From: Leptogorgia sarmentosa | Lineage: Eukaryota | DNA length: 64,000 nt | NCBI GenBank assembly: GCA_964658305.1 | Contig: OZ210885.1 | Span: 13,764,001-13,828,000 of the forward strand | Direction of reading: 5' to 3' | In this document: positions 11,601-26,600 of the stretch, piece by piece | Layout of the letters: every line of letters starts with the position of its first letter | Numbering within the stretch: the first letter of the stretch is position 1 | Program-made: the position numbers and the translations under genes | The notes under the pieces: generated by a model | Databases searched by the model: none | Seen by the model: only the letters and a program-made list of their open reading frames with translations | Told to the model about the DNA's origin: nothing

Positions 11601-14600
11601 ACTAACAATAATTTTTTCTACCGAAAAATGGCAAAGACGATCTCTGCCGGACTATTGATAGTTTAAGAAACCCATATCATCAAAATATGCTGTATAATTT
11701 ATTCATAAATGATCTGGGAAATATGTCCTATTCATCGAATGTTAGTGCAAATGAAAACTACATCTATGGTCACTTTATCTTTAGCAAAAATCGTTCTATT
11801 ATTATGTCGACAACAATTAAGAAGATAGATAGATAAAACCTTTATTTACATAGGGTAGTCCCGTCAGTAATAAAAATCACTGTTATCAACGGGAGCCCTA
11901 TTGACATATTGTAGAGTTCAGTACGGCAGAAAATCAACGAAAGCAGCAATACAAGATAGGATAATGATAGATGTACAACAGGTAAAATTATGTTGCATTG
12001 GATGTCATACGCTGAATTTCCTACGTTTATCCCTCATTAAAATCTTTCTAAAGCCCAAGTCGTCCATTGCAAATAAGCACGACTATAGCCAGAAGCCAAT
12101 CAGTATATTAGTGTAACAACTAGAAATTCTTATAGCGTTGTGAACAAATGGATGACTGAAAATTACTTTCATGGTGTTCAACTTCGCTATCTTTTCAATT
12201 CATCAGTAACCTATTTCAAGAAGCAGTACGTCTAAGTGTGACTGTGAAATATCGTAATAAATTAATACAATTACACAAAACAGAATGTGTTGTATGTTAA
12301 GCTTAATGTGATGTATTGGGTCTTCGTTGTTGCCATGCCCGCTTAACGATCCTTTCGCTAAATTAGATATAGCTGCTAGAGTGAACTCACCTGATCTCAT
12401 TGGTATGACCTTCATAACAGGAAAGGCACTTTCCAGTGTGCAAACACCACAACCTCGCACTTCCTCTGCTGTCTCCAGAGATAATATTCTTTTTATCATC
12501 GCTCACAGCGACACTGGTAACAATGGATTCATTACCCTTAAGAGTACGAATTTCTTTACATAGTTTTAAATCCCAAATTTTTATTGTCCCATCGTATGAA
12601 CCAGACACAAGCATTGGATTGTTTTTTCCTGAATCTAAAAGAGAAACTTCGCACTTTAGTCGAACTGGCACAAAAAAAACAAGGGGAAGCAAAGTACATA
12701 TTGATATCCTAAATATATTCAATAACTCGATCGCTGACAGGAGAAATGTTCATATATGCTTCTGCAAGTCAAGGCAATGGATTCTATAGTAGTCCATAAT
12801 TATACAGAAAGTTGATTTTGTTGGTACCGTTAGGATATTTAAGAGAAATTTACGCAAAAAGAAATTCCAATGTGTCAGTTGAAATACTCAAAATATGGCC
12901 GAACCGTCTGGCAAGTACAACAGTCATGATCACGAATGAATTGTGCAAAGTAACACCATTCTTCCAGTTAGTTTTGCACAGTGTTAAGGCTCATTACCAC
13001 GGCGAGGAGGTTATGTAATCATCTTGGTTTGTTTGTGTGTGTATGTGTGTGTGTTGGTCTGTGAACACGATATGATAATATAAGTGTTAAAACGAAGTTT
13101 AACTTCTGAAAAGTCTAAAACGTTTTTTCCTGAGGAAATATTCGAGTACCCAAATTTATAATTGCTATTTCAACCTATATCAATACTATGTACTGTAAAG
13201 TTACGGAAAAGTCTAATGAAAGATCGTAAGAACTCTGCGTCGGTGCAATTACTCAAAACCAGAGTGTAACAGTACTGAACAGCACATACACTGTAGCACG
13301 TACCGCAATGGGAAATTTTCATTGCTGCATTTCATGTCATGATTATTGGTTTGCACATGTATTCATATTTATGTTTGGGAACATAACTGTGTTCAACTGC
13401 TCTTAACTGTTGCCTAGCTGCTCTTTCATGTCACTGAGTAACTGTGAAAATTGACCAATTAAATTCAATTATTATCACATTTATTCAAGCAATTAACCTA
13501 CCAAGTTCTAACAGTACAGCACAACGTTTGTCACAACAATTATAAAACAGGTCAAACTATATAAATTTTGTCTGTTGGAATAAGAGGATCTGAGGTGAAG
13601 ATGGACAAGGTATGTCAAACGACACCTGGCTATATACCTTGGCAATGGACAGTATATCTAAAACAATATTACTTTATAAAAAACATTCATGTTGGCTTTC
13701 ATCCGTCACTTCATGCCAAATAAATGCCAAGTCTTTTGAATCTACTAGTACAGTATTGCAATTTATACATTAAGGTCTGGGACACGGGGTAATCAGTTGA
13801 AATATACGCACAAGCAAATTGTCTCAAAGTATTTTTAGAAAGCTAGCATAGATAAATCTAATAGCCATTTTAAAATACTCTTAGCATATACAAATACAAC
13901 CAGCTTAAAAATTTAAAAGAAATCAGAAAGTCCTAAAATATTGCTTGTACATGAATGCACTGGTTACCACCATACTAACAATAAGGAAAGACATTGCTTT
14001 CTTTCTGGGCATAATTTTTAATTACAATATTAGAATGCTGTTGCAAGCAGGTATTTTTGTGCAATAATTGGGAAAATTTATTCCAAGACATGATATTCCC
14101 CTCCAATCCTTGCTTTATTGAACCATTAAGGAAGTTTATAATAAAGAATATGTTTTATCCGAAAGAAATAACAAAAATAATACGAAGAAACTGTATTAAA
14201 GTAAGATCTTCAAAAAGTTATGAAATATTAACTCATACAGTATTGCATACCTGTTGCGACAACACATTTCACCCAAGCTTTATGGCCAACAAAACTGGCC
14301 TCAAAATTTAGTGTATCGGCTTTCCACAACTTGATAGTCTCGTCTTCATCTCCAACAGTAGCAATGAACTGTCCATCTTTGGTCGTACACAGCGACTCGA
14401 CTCTCTCAGGAATACTTGTTGAGAGGTTTTCTCCGGTAGATACACAATACACTTTCAGCCCTACAACGCATGATGGATACTCGTCAGACTGATGTTTCAA
14501 TAATGTCTAACCCTAGACGATTTTGTGAAATCTTGTTTTTAATTGTGTCCCTCTCCGGCGCTGAACATGCTCTGGCTGTTGCTGGCTTATGTTTTTACAC

Positions 14601-17600
14601 TGCGTTTCACTGCGCTCTACACGACGTTTACAGTTAACCGCTGGTTTGAAGATACGCAGTCGCTGGAATCCTCAAACCAGCTGTTGCAATTATTGTTTGA
14701 ATATGAACAATTTGTACTTTTGGCGAAGGTTGAGAGGTGCTACTAAAACAGACGTATCTGGTTTTCCCAGGAAATCATTTTACTACAGCTACGTTACAAA
14801 ACTGCTGTTCCTGGCATCAAACACAAAAAGAATTAGTGAACATGGTCCAATCACACGATACGATGCCGTTTGTAAATTTTATAAACCCACCCTATACCAT
14901 AGCTACATTGTGGTCAAATTGTATGCATTGTACAGGGCATCCATATCAGTGGTACTGTTGGTAAAACTTGGTTACAGATCGTGAAAGTTACATCCGTGAA
15001 GCAAGGGCCATGTGTGGCAGTTGGGCTGGCTTCAAAATAATGAAAATATACTTTGTTTTCAAATGTAGTCGATTATGTACAACAGGTTACAGGTATGAAT
15101 TCAGATAAAATGGTTGAAATGTACGACGGATTACAAAGGAGCTCTCTTTCTCTCCAACACTTTTCCGGAAGTTGAAATACAAATTTTTAATTATTTTTTA
15201 TTTCGCTGCAGAGTATATACCGCACGAAACAAAAACAAACACCATTGAAATACTAATAAACTGATCATTCGAACGGTGGGTCGCATGCTAGTTAAAACAC
15301 AACACAAAAAAAAATAAAGATTGATCGTCGGAAACGTAAGGCATAAGCATCTGTCTGAGAAAATCGAATATGTTGAAATCCATGTCCTTATTTCTCCATG
15401 AAGCCGCATAGTCATGAAACCTGTGTTATGTTCTTTTTATTTTGCATATTTCGTGTTATTAGCAGTAATAATAACATTTCTACAAGCTTTTTTGTAATTG
15501 TCGGAAATTTCGGTTAAGTCACTTCTGGTTTATTCGCACGCGACATAAAAAACACGACAGCTGTCCCAGGAATTTCGCCCGCTCCCCATAATTTCGCCCC
15601 CCCCCCCTCCACACACTCCCGGGGGGCGAAATTCCTAGGAAATTCGCCCCCCTCTAGAAACTTCATCGTTCCTTAGTGAAGACCTTTTCATCTATACCCT
15701 TCTAAAAAGGTAGAAATATAAAATTGTCTACGGCGATTTTATTAGTACTACTCCGAAGAACTGAATATCAGTGGTTGCAGAGTTATGATCAAACTAAAGG
15801 TCGAAAATATGCATCTAATTAATATTCTGGGTCACATTTTGCTGCGATGTATATTTTCAATGACTTCAAGTCAATACATTTTCCTTGTATTGCAATTTAT
15901 ATATATGAACATTGCTTAGATATATAGAGTTTTTACGCTGAATAAAAAGAGAGTATTTTTGTCCTTGTTCGGTGCGTAAAACCAGAGATACGGCAGCCAA
16001 TTATAGTCATAGGACGAATTCGACATAAATTAATATGGTGTTGGAGAAAAAGAGTACTTTTCGTAAGAAATTGAGTGGAAGTCAATCTAAAATGTATTAA
16101 TGATTATGCGTCGCGATTTACAGTTGACTCCCACTCAAATATGGAACGTTACCGTGAAACCCATGGATTGAAACGATATGCATCAATCTGTTTCATAAAC
16201 GTTCTTGTATTAAAATGTGAAGCCAAATTTGTTAGTAACCAGCGATGTAGCTAATGTGCACAGTGGGGTAACTACTAGGGGTCCAACCTGGCCGGGGGCC
16301 CTGGGAAGAGATTTCTTCAGAGCCGTGGCTAATGTGAAATTCAAATAATTTTTATTGAAACTGAAGATGCAAAAACGTTCGAAGTTCAACAAAACGTTTG
16401 ATATCATTCAGTAGCTGAAACTATTTTGTTTCTGCTTTATAGGAACTTATTTTAGTGTGCTTCTTTTTACGGAACGTTTTTGCCTTTTTTGATGCAGTAG
16501 AGATGTTAAATAGCTATAATATGTTCTATAAGAAAGAGCAGAATTCAAATGCAAATAATATGCAGAATTCAGGAGAATATTTCTTAGAGTTAGCATAGTA
16601 AAAATGTGAAGCTAAGAGGTGTAATAAAGAGGCCATCCACAACAGTTCAACCGAGGGCCGACACTGAAGATTTACGCCGCTGAATTTGCAACGTAAAACA
16701 AACATTTTGTGATCGTACTTTCAAGTATTTTTATTTGAAGAAAAAATATTTCAATTTAATAAAAGATATTCCAATTTTGAATTTGGTACCGGCGGAGTAA
16801 CATATTTCCGAAAGTATGATCATTTGCGGAGTTATTTGACAAACATAGTATGAAAAGGATTTAATTTTTTCTCCAATGGCATCGTTGCTGGCGTTCCTTC
16901 AGAACCGTTATACCCGTACACGTCAGCAAAGTCTTATTTCCTATCGAAACTCGCGCACTTTAATACATTGAACTATATATAACTGGAAGGCTACCTTAAT
17001 ATTAACGAGAAAGCAAAAATTGAAGGCAAAATTTTGCATCAAATTACCTCAGGGGTAATTTCACGCGAGTTCAACTGCGTGACATTCTCGCTTGTTCGGA
17101 AAACAAAGAATGATTTGTTTTGGCCGTGTTTACGTTGCGTGAGAAGACTGGGGCCGATGTTGCATATTTTGGCTTCAAATTTCGGCCGGAAGTAACCTTC
17201 CAGTTTTATTTAGTTCAATGCTTTAATACCAACTAGCAGGGCGGAAGTGGAGAAAACGTTTATGCAAATTTTCGTTTACCTATTCTGAACAACATTTTGA
17301 TATCCTTGTTTGATTTGTGTTTAAGATGCTTACCATCGTCTGTTCCAATAAACACTCGCTGATCATCTGCACTGAAATCCAAGGCATTGACGTCACTCTT
17401 CACTTGGAACACAAAAAGCTGTTCATAATTATCCATTCTCCAAAGGATTGTACTTCGGTCCCGCGACCCTGACGCTAGTATTGTTCCACTTTGTGACACA
17501 GCCAAACAGCTAACGACGTCAGAATGTCCCAGTAGTTGTTGAACTTCTCTACCTGTTTATAAAATACGATAGTACGTACTTAAAAGGGTTTAATAGATCA

Positions 17601-20600
17601 TTTTCACTCACATCGTTACTACATTGGAAGTATTTTTCAAAACATTGCGGCGATAAAATAAATGATTGAGACAAGTAACTACATTAACTAAATCATCAGC
17701 AACACTCTGTTTACACCGCTAACTTTCATTTTTACTATTACGTCCCTATAGAAACGAAACGATTTTTAATGCTAAAAACAAAATAACTGTAATTTTGCGG
17801 AATTTACTGTGGCGTGTTTCACAGATATTCTTATTTCAATGAATAACCAAGATTAAAGCTTTTGCTTAGCTGAAAAGGCATGTATGAATATTGTTACGTG
17901 CCAAGCTCAGAAAAACACCAACTTTTAAAAAGAACTTATATTTGTCGGCAAACTATCTTAACTCTCTAAAAACAGTTATCCCACGCCTTATATATATCTG
18001 TAACACAATAGGATTACTTAATATGCATGCTTTGTTCCAGTCACGGATAACTGCACCCTATACATAACAGACTCCCCCCCTCAAGCTCAAACTGTCCCGG
18101 TTTGATTATTTCCGTATATGCATTCAAATATCCAAGTATTTTCATTAATGTCTATTCATTAGAGTCTGTCCTTCACCTTGCACTTCTACAACTCTAGTCG
18201 ATCTGGTGCTCGTCTTGTTCTCGTACTTCTGCGTCGTTGTGGTTCAGGAATTTCCTCCTGACCGGCATTTTCTCTTCCTTCCCTCGATAACAGTTCTGGT
18301 ATGTTTTCACCAACGTATTCCCTTAACCGATTACGATGTACTACCATTGGTTTGCTGCGGTTTGAAAGCTGTATTCTGTAGACTAAATCATTTATTCGCT
18401 TCACAATGGTGTACGGACCGACCCAAGGTTTGGATAACTTCGGAGATATACCCTTCTGTCGTTGTGGTCTATATAGCCATACCGCATCGCTCCCACATCG
18501 AGTCGTACAGCTGTGGCTTTCACATCGTATCTTGTTTTCATTCGATCTGCCGTTAACTTCAATCGCTCTCGAGCAAACTTATGTGCAACATCAAGGCTTT
18601 CCTTCAACCTGGCAACATAGGATAACCTTGATTCCTGGCTTCTCTGTGGAGGATGTCCCATTACTAAGTTCAACGGAATGCGCAATTCTCGCCCCATCAT
18701 CATCTTTGCGGGTGTAATTCCAGTTGATTCGTGGGTAGATGTGCGATACGCCATAAGCAAAAGAGGTTTATGCTCATCCCAGTCTCTTTGGTTTTCATTA
18801 ACAAAAATTGCTAGCTGATGTTCCAATGTTCGATTGTACCGTTCCACCATGCCATCAGATTGAGGATGTAACGGAGTGGTTCTTGTTTTCTTCATTCCGA
18901 GTAGTTTACACATTTCAGCGAACACCTGAGACTCAAAGTTCCTCCCTTGATCTGAATGTAATTCGGCAGGTGCCCCGAACCGACAAACGAATTGATCAAC
19001 CAACACTTTCGCCACCGTCTCTGTCTCTTGATTAGGCAGTGGGTACGCCTCTGGCCACTTTGTGAAGTAGTCCATTGCTATGAGGATATATTTGTTACCA
19101 CTGTCGGAAACGGGTAGTGGTCCGAACACGCCTACTGCCACTCTTTCCATGGGCAGTCCGACCACGTATGTTGTCAACGGTGCTTTTATTTTTCTCGTTG
19201 GACCTTTTCTCGCCGCACACATGTCACATTGAGCACACCAAGTCTGGACATCATTCCGCAACTTTGGCCAGTAGAATTTCTCCTTTATCTTTCCTACGGT
19301 CTTACTAATGCCAAAGTGTCCCCCCGTCTTGGAACCATGTAGGAAATCAAAGATTTGTTTTCGGAGAGCTTTAGGAACCAGTGTTTGCAAAGTTTCTTGA
19401 GTACCGCCAGGATTTTCCCATACTCGACACAGAACACCATCCACTAAACGCAAACTGTCCCACTGTGCCCATAGCGTCTTCATTTCCTCCCCAAAAGGCG
19501 CAATTGCCGTCCAACCGGGTTTCGTTCTGTCTCTTCCCAATGCGTTGATCAATGTAGCTAAGGCAACGTCTTCAACTTGCTTTCTTGTCCAATCCGCGCA
19601 ATCCATAGGGGTTATTTCTATGTCTATCGCTGACACACAACATGTGTCGACTTGATCGTTGAGGGAGCTCGTTACTCTTCCTACTGTTTCTAACTGGACT
19701 TTCCTTTCATAACGTGCGCAATGTTTGCAGCTGACGTCACAGCATGGGCGTCTGGACAACGCATCCGCGTTCCTGTGGCTAACCCCAGATCGGTGTTCGA
19801 CTTCAAAATCATAAACTTGAAGTTTCTCCAGCCATCGAGCTACTTGTCCTTGCGGCTCGCGAAAGTTCATCAGCCACTGCAATGCCGAATGATCGGTTCG
19901 TATTCTAAATTTCTGCCCGTAAAGGTAATAGTTAAAATGTTCAATAGCTTTGTCCACTGCTAAAAGCTCCTTCCTCGTCACGCAATAATTCCTCTCTGCG
20001 CGTGTCAGGGTGCGGCTGAAATAAGCTATGACTTTTTCCGTGCTTTCTTGCCTCTGAGATAAAACAGCACCAATCGCGCAGTCAGAAGCATCTGTATCCA
20101 AACGGAATTCTCCGTCCAAATTTGGGAAGGCCAGGATTGGCGTTGACGTTAACAATTGTTTTAACTTTTCGAACGATTTTTGACTTTTTTCCGTCCAAGC
20201 GAATTCACAATTCTTCTCAGTCAACTGGTGCAAGGGCCGGGCAACGTCTGCAAAATGAGAGACAAATTTTCGATAATACGTGCATAGTCCGAGGAAACTT
20301 CTCAGCTCGGTTTTATTCTTCGGTTCGGGCCAAGTAGAAACAGCATCCGTTTTCTCAGGGTCAACTGCAACCCCTGCCTGACTCACAATATGCCCAAGAT
20401 AACGGACTTTTTTCTGGAAGAGACTACATTTCCTTGTGTTCAACTTCAATCCAGCCTGCCTTAGTCGTTGAAAAACAATGCGCAGGTTTGAAAATTTGTC
20501 GTCCAATGTTTTGGCATGCACGATGACATCATCCAAGTATACCAGGCAAACCGTCCATGACAAGCCTTGGAGCACGCGTTCCATAAGACGCTCAAAGGTC

Positions 20601-23600
20601 GCTGGAGCGTTCGACAGACCGAAAGGCATCACAGTGAACTGCCACAACCCTTTACCAGCCGTAAACGCAGTTTTTTCTTTGTCGCCCTCTTCCACTTTCC
20701 CTGCCAATACCCGCTTTTAAGGTCCAGTGTGGAAAACCAGCTCGAACCACCAATCGCATCTAATGTCGTGTCAACTCGTGGAAGGGGATAAGAATCACGT
20801 TTGGTGACTTTGTTTAACCTTCGGTAGTCAACGCAGAATCTCTTGCTGCCATCTTTCTTCTTGACCAGTACTACTGGCGATGTCCACGGGCTCTGTGAAG
20901 GTTCTATTACACCTTGTTGCTGCATTTCTTCAATCAACTCGGATGATTCTTCTCTCTGTTTTATTGGCAATCGTCTTGGTTGTTGCCTGATGGGTGTCGC
21001 TTTCCCAACCTCAATTTTGTGCGTTGTCAGGTCTGTACAGCCTAAATCGTTTGGTCCTTTGGCAAATACGTCTTCGAATTCAGTTAACAATCTACCCAAC
21101 TCAGCTTCATGTTCCTGTCCAATCAGGGCCTTACTTCGAGAATACAGATCTTTCAAATGTTCCGGTATTTGCCTGTTCGTTGGCCTAACGTTAAAGACGT
21201 TCGTAGTCGGTTGTTTATCCACGTTTCTGACACACGTAGCTGGCTGACACATAGCTATCCTTGTTCCCTTCTTTAACGAAACATACCCATTAGTTAAGTT
21301 CATTACCCTTACCGGCAAGTTATCCGTTGATAGGTCAACTAATGTTCTCGCAACGAGTAGTTTGCTGTTCGGGTTGTCCATGGGTTCTATGACTACCCAC
21401 GTACTTTTGTCATCAAGTCCATCTATCTTTCCAGGAACAATGGCTTCGCTCATCGCCGGTATCGCAACTGTTCTTCGAACAACAATTCGAGAGGAACCAT
21501 TCTGTGGCTGTATTTGACTAAACAAAGGAACTTCGTCATTTCCAACGTACAGCAGTTTTTCTGCCAAATTTACTTGACAATTGTTAGCCATTAAATAATC
21601 AAGTCCGATTATTCCCTCCTCGACAATGTCTGCTATCCACACATCGTGCTCTGTTTCATTGTCGCCAACAGTTACCTTTAACAACCCGCGTCCTTTCACA
21701 GGGGCCGTTTCACCAGTTACTGTCCGCAATACAGTTTTCGTTGGCACAATCTTTGCGGGCTGTAGCAATTCCACAATATCAGGAGGAATGATGGTAATAT
21801 TTGATCCAGTGTCTACTACACATTGACACCAGCGTCCTTCCACCTTAGCATCTACGACCAGAGTTTCCCCAACAGAGGCAGTTTTCACCACAAAATCTGG
21901 AGCATTTTTAATTTTCTTTTAGCTGCTCTCCGCTCCCCAAAAGCAGCTACTTGGCGTTTCCCGAATTTCCGTTTGTCGACGACAACTCACTTGTTTCTCC
22001 ACCAGCACATTTCCAGCACCCACATTTCCAGCACTCTGAGCCACGGGGTTCTCTACCTTTAGTTGACCTCGGCCTCCCACGGTCTCTCATCAGGGCTTCC
22101 AACCTTTCCATGGATTGTGCAATCTGTTTACTGGCTGCTTCCATTCTGCTGGCGACATCCGTGGGACTTGAAGCTGAACCGTGCTGTTTAGGCTCAACTT
22201 GTACCTTTGCTTCCCGAGAAATTCTTACTCTGTGTTGACGATTGGCTGAATGAAACGACTCCAACTCTAACGCCAATTCTAACGCCTTCTGTAAAGTTGG
22301 CGGTCTTTCTTGTCGGAGACGCAGGCGCATGTCATCATCGGGTAATGAATGAACAAATTGGTCCCTAGCTAACGTCTCAATTATGGGCGCCGGTGCGTCC
22401 GTGTACGCCAATCGGGCAAGCCTTTCGATGTCTTCGGCCAGAGCGGGTAGTTCCTCATCACGTTGTCTTACACGATTTCTAAATCTAAGTTTCGAAATCT
22501 CCGTCCGGTGCGACGTGCCAAACCGACTTGATAAAGCCCCAACTAACGCTTGGAAGTTTTGTCTCCGCTCGCTTGACAAATTCGCCAAAACTTGCAACGC
22601 TGTTCCTTTTAGACTAGTGGCAAGAAATGCTGCTTTCTCCATATCATTCCACCTGTTCATGATCGCAATTATGCAAAATTGAGCATAATACGCCTCCCAT
22701 GAGGATTGGCCGTCATACAAATTTGGTTTACGAATTAGGTTGGCATCTCTTGTCGTTGACGCATTTCTTACTGTTAAACCTTCTGACCATACGCCTTCTG
22801 TCCAAGCTTCGCCAGCTCTCTGCGTAGGCATATGGGTTGACATTCTCTCTTCCGGCGCAGTTTGATGAGTTGTTCTGTCCTCGGTTGACCGTGGGGCCAA
22901 AAGTACTCAGGAACTAGCCACTTCCATCCCTAAGCGTTCGACTTTTCCGGCCAGTTCCTGTGTTTGATATTCCAATTGTCGTACGTATTCTCTGACTTTT
23001 GCATCGACTACCTGTAATTCTTTCGTGAGCGATTCTTCCACGCGAGTCGTTAGTTCCGCATAAGCAATCTGTGCTTTGCCTTGATTTGCATCCCAAACTT
23101 TACCTCGCTTTTCAATTAAGTCGATCCTTTCTACCAAAGCAACAACATTGTCGTTTAAACCCTTAACATTAGTAACCATTCGTTCTTGCCTGTCTTCGAT
23201 TCTTCCGATTCTTTCCTCATACTGGTTTATTACTTGATTAAACCGCTCTGTTTGCTGTATATGTAAGTTGTTTTGATCGCTAATCGTTCGCAACTGATGT
23301 TCAATTAATTCGTCCAAAACACTGGACGTCGGTCGCTGTTCATCCGTATCATTCTCTTCGTCAACAAGATCCCTCCTCGTAGACCGAGTATTCATCTTGC
23401 CTTTTTAGATATCCTGGCGGGGTCGCCAAAATGTTACGTGCCAAGCTCAGAAAAACACCAACTTTTAAAAAGAACTTATATTTGTCGGCCAACTATCTTA
23501 ACTCTCTAAAAACAGTTATCCCACGCCTTATATATATCTGTAACACAATAGGATTACTTAATATGCATGCTTTGTTCCAGTCACGGATAACTGCACACTA

Positions 23601-26600
23601 TACATAACAATATGTTTAAATTATAGTCATAATATATACGCTATAATTCAATTTGTCTGCTTCCAAAACTGAAACTTTTCTCAAAAACCGGGGCAGTGTG
23701 CTACCGGTCTAAAAAATTTGTATAATTATTCGTGTAACGAAATGAGATTTGGATGGCGTGATATTGTTGAATATGTTTCTATTTGCACGAGGAGGGAATC
23801 GTTACAATTGTGCCTATAGTATTCCTACTGTTCGTAAGGGTCTTCCGTCTTCTTCTTAGCGTTGTTTAGTCGGTTTCTTCGTTGAGTTCGTCTGCTTCAG
23901 TTTCGGTAACCTTTTCATTCAATGCGTTCTTTACTTCGGTCTACGTCCACTGACTCAAGTTGGAATGGGAAGTTCCTTTTATACTAACGGTCGAGGGGAT
24001 CTTTGTTCACGTGAACAGCGAGGTGGCACGGTACTGAATCCACCAATCAGCGTTGATGTGTTGTACTATGAACCCTCGTTCCAGCTCTCCAATTCTGTTT
24101 GTTTAGGGTGTTGTCGCAGTTCTCAAGTCAGTTTTACGCTCATTCTACCGATACTTAGACAGGTTAAGAATAACCTACTTTATTACTTACTAATAGCAAA
24201 ATATTTGAAGTGCAACATCTAGGCTTAGCTTTATGAGTTAACTTAATTTAGAAGAGAATTTAACGAACTGAGATTTTGATGACGTATTATTATTATTACT
24301 CAACCGCGCGAATTATCTTGAAGCGTGATTGATGGCAAAACCCAAAGCATACGCACGTGCAAGTACAAAGTTTCTATTTACACAATGTACACGGCCTGTT
24401 TAAACACATCTGGCTTTTTCCTCACATTTCGGTCAAACTTTGACAGTATCCAAGATTGTTTATCTTCTCTATCCGCCTAATTGGAACCATAATTGACATT
24501 CTGCGTAGGTTCGGTAATTTATTATTTATTTTATTTGGATTTTGAAGCAAGAATGTCACTTATCAGCTCCTCCACGTGCGTAATGTTTAGTTTGCCTGCG
24601 GAACTTATGTTTAATGTTTACGCAATATTATGCACCTGCGTAACAATATCATTAATCCTTAGCTACTTCTTTCGCGCGGAATATGACGCGTGTATACAGT
24701 GGTTTATTTTACACTGCACCAATATAGTTTTTTTTATTCGATCAAACTGTAACTATCACCACACTTTTCTGTCATTCCTAATAGAAAGACAACTGCATTG
24801 TGGATAAATTCAAAAATGTTGTAATAGCACTTTTGTAGCAGAGGATTAGCGACCAACTCGACGACAAGCTTTCCGAACAAACAAATTTTTAAGCTGAACA
24901 AAAACCAAGCATAAATTGTGGTATCAACGGCTTTGTTGTTATCAATGCAACGTTAAGCCAAGCATTATAACGTCTTCAAAGCAACGTGAAGACTGATTAC
25001 AACGTGAGAGCTGTGACTTCAAGTTGACTACACAGCAACGATCGCATTGTTTTCGCTGAACCTATAACTGTTTCCTGAAAAAATTCCAACATCTATTTAA
25101 AGCATAAAAAGGTCAGCACTCATTTTCAAGCTGAAATTTAGACCCCGTTGTCGAGTTTGTGGCGTTTTACATCTTAAGGTCCCTACTATCAATTATTGGA
25201 CGACGCCGCACGAAATACTGCGAGTTATCGTTGGCGAGCCGGTCAATTATTTGCCAATTCCGAAAAGAGAAGCACGTAAGTAATCTGAGAACAACCGATA
25301 TATAACTGAAGCAAAGCATAGCCACATTAACTAGAGTGATGCGAAGCATAATGGGACAAGCCCTGAGGCCAGTGAGCTCCATGAGATTATAGCGCCGTAA
25401 ATTTCCGATGTAATCAACTACTGTACATTTAACAGCAGGTAAGTTAAACATGTATTTTATTAAACTTTTTATCTATATTTAGTTCATTATCAGCGTTAAC
25501 AAAAAGAATTGAAGCTGAAGGCTAGTACAACGTTTCTTGACAAGGGGTGATTTTGCACTGCAAAGTTTTGTTAATTAATAACGTCACCCGAGTGGGTTTG
25601 CGAAATTGAGAGCAATTTCAAATTTGCTCAGTTTTTTATACACCTATATAGGGCAGCCGCTCAACTTGCATAACTCAGAACTGATGATTCTTACAAATGT
25701 GAGTGAGGATATGGTTGCACATATAATTACAATTACAAGCAGAGGCGGCATTGAATCTGTGTTTTATCCCTTTTCCGGACCGACGATCAGTCAAAAGAAA
25801 AAAAAAATTATTGAAAACCCCAAACCTTGCCATTAGTTTTATCCACAGCACGTTACCACACGGTTACCTACCTGTGTCAAGATCAAAGATTGTGATTGAA
25901 CCATTCTCTAAACCACAAATTACAAGTGTAGCAGATGCAGTATTGGACATCGCTAATGACCATACGCTGGAATCAAACGTTTTTCGGAAGATCTCAGGGC
26001 CGCCAAGATCTAAACATGAGAATTCCGGTACAAGACGGCAAGTCTCCGTGCATGTTGCACGGAGTTGCTCTAATAGCGTCTTTATCCCCGGGTACTCTTC
26101 ATAAGATAGCAGTCTGCCTGGAAAAGAAAATTACACAACATTATTAACGTACGTAACAAAATCATAACATTTAAAATAGCTATATAAAGAATTAAGACAA
26201 TTTTTTGACTGGGAAAAATTAAAATTGAACAACTAACGGGCCTATCTGATTATACTATATATATCTGTTTCTTGATTATTAACACAATAGGTTCTTAAAA
26301 TTAATCATATGAGTCCCTTTCTAATTTGCAAAGGAAGTTTTCCATTGTTTTAAGAAAATTTTCGTTCCCCTTCAGTGACTTTCATATAAAGGAGACATAA
26401 AGTAATATCAATGTTTGAAAATGAGACACTGAAAAAATGTTTTTGAAAGCTTTGCAACTGTTGAAATGATGTTTTATTCTGTTTTATATTGTGACAGTAA
26501 AAAGATGAGTAATTTATTTTATGGTAACGGAACGAGTATTTATGAAATGATTTATTTCCGCATATATGTTAAACTGACAAGGGTTAATTCTGCTATATAC

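Larger units (their letters stand above)
17892..23609 (-). mobile_element. Full-length Ty3/Gypsy LTR retrotransposon, coding-disabled
   Basis: 178-bp LTRs TGT..ACA at 17892-18069 and 23432-23609 with 2 mismatches. TSD ATAT at 17888-17891 and 23610-23613. Domain order is gag, PR (VDTGS), RT (YLDD), RH (TDAS), IN. Confidence 0.97.

Noticed and set aside
22904..22909. Programmed stop-codon readthrough in gag
   Set aside because: The context TGA-GTA is not the usual TGA-CTA readthrough motif, and the element has other lesions. A nonsense mutation is simpler.
23733..24220. Solo LTR next to the Gypsy element (TGTAACGA...TCGTTACA)
   Set aside because: No matching TSD and no clear second boundary.
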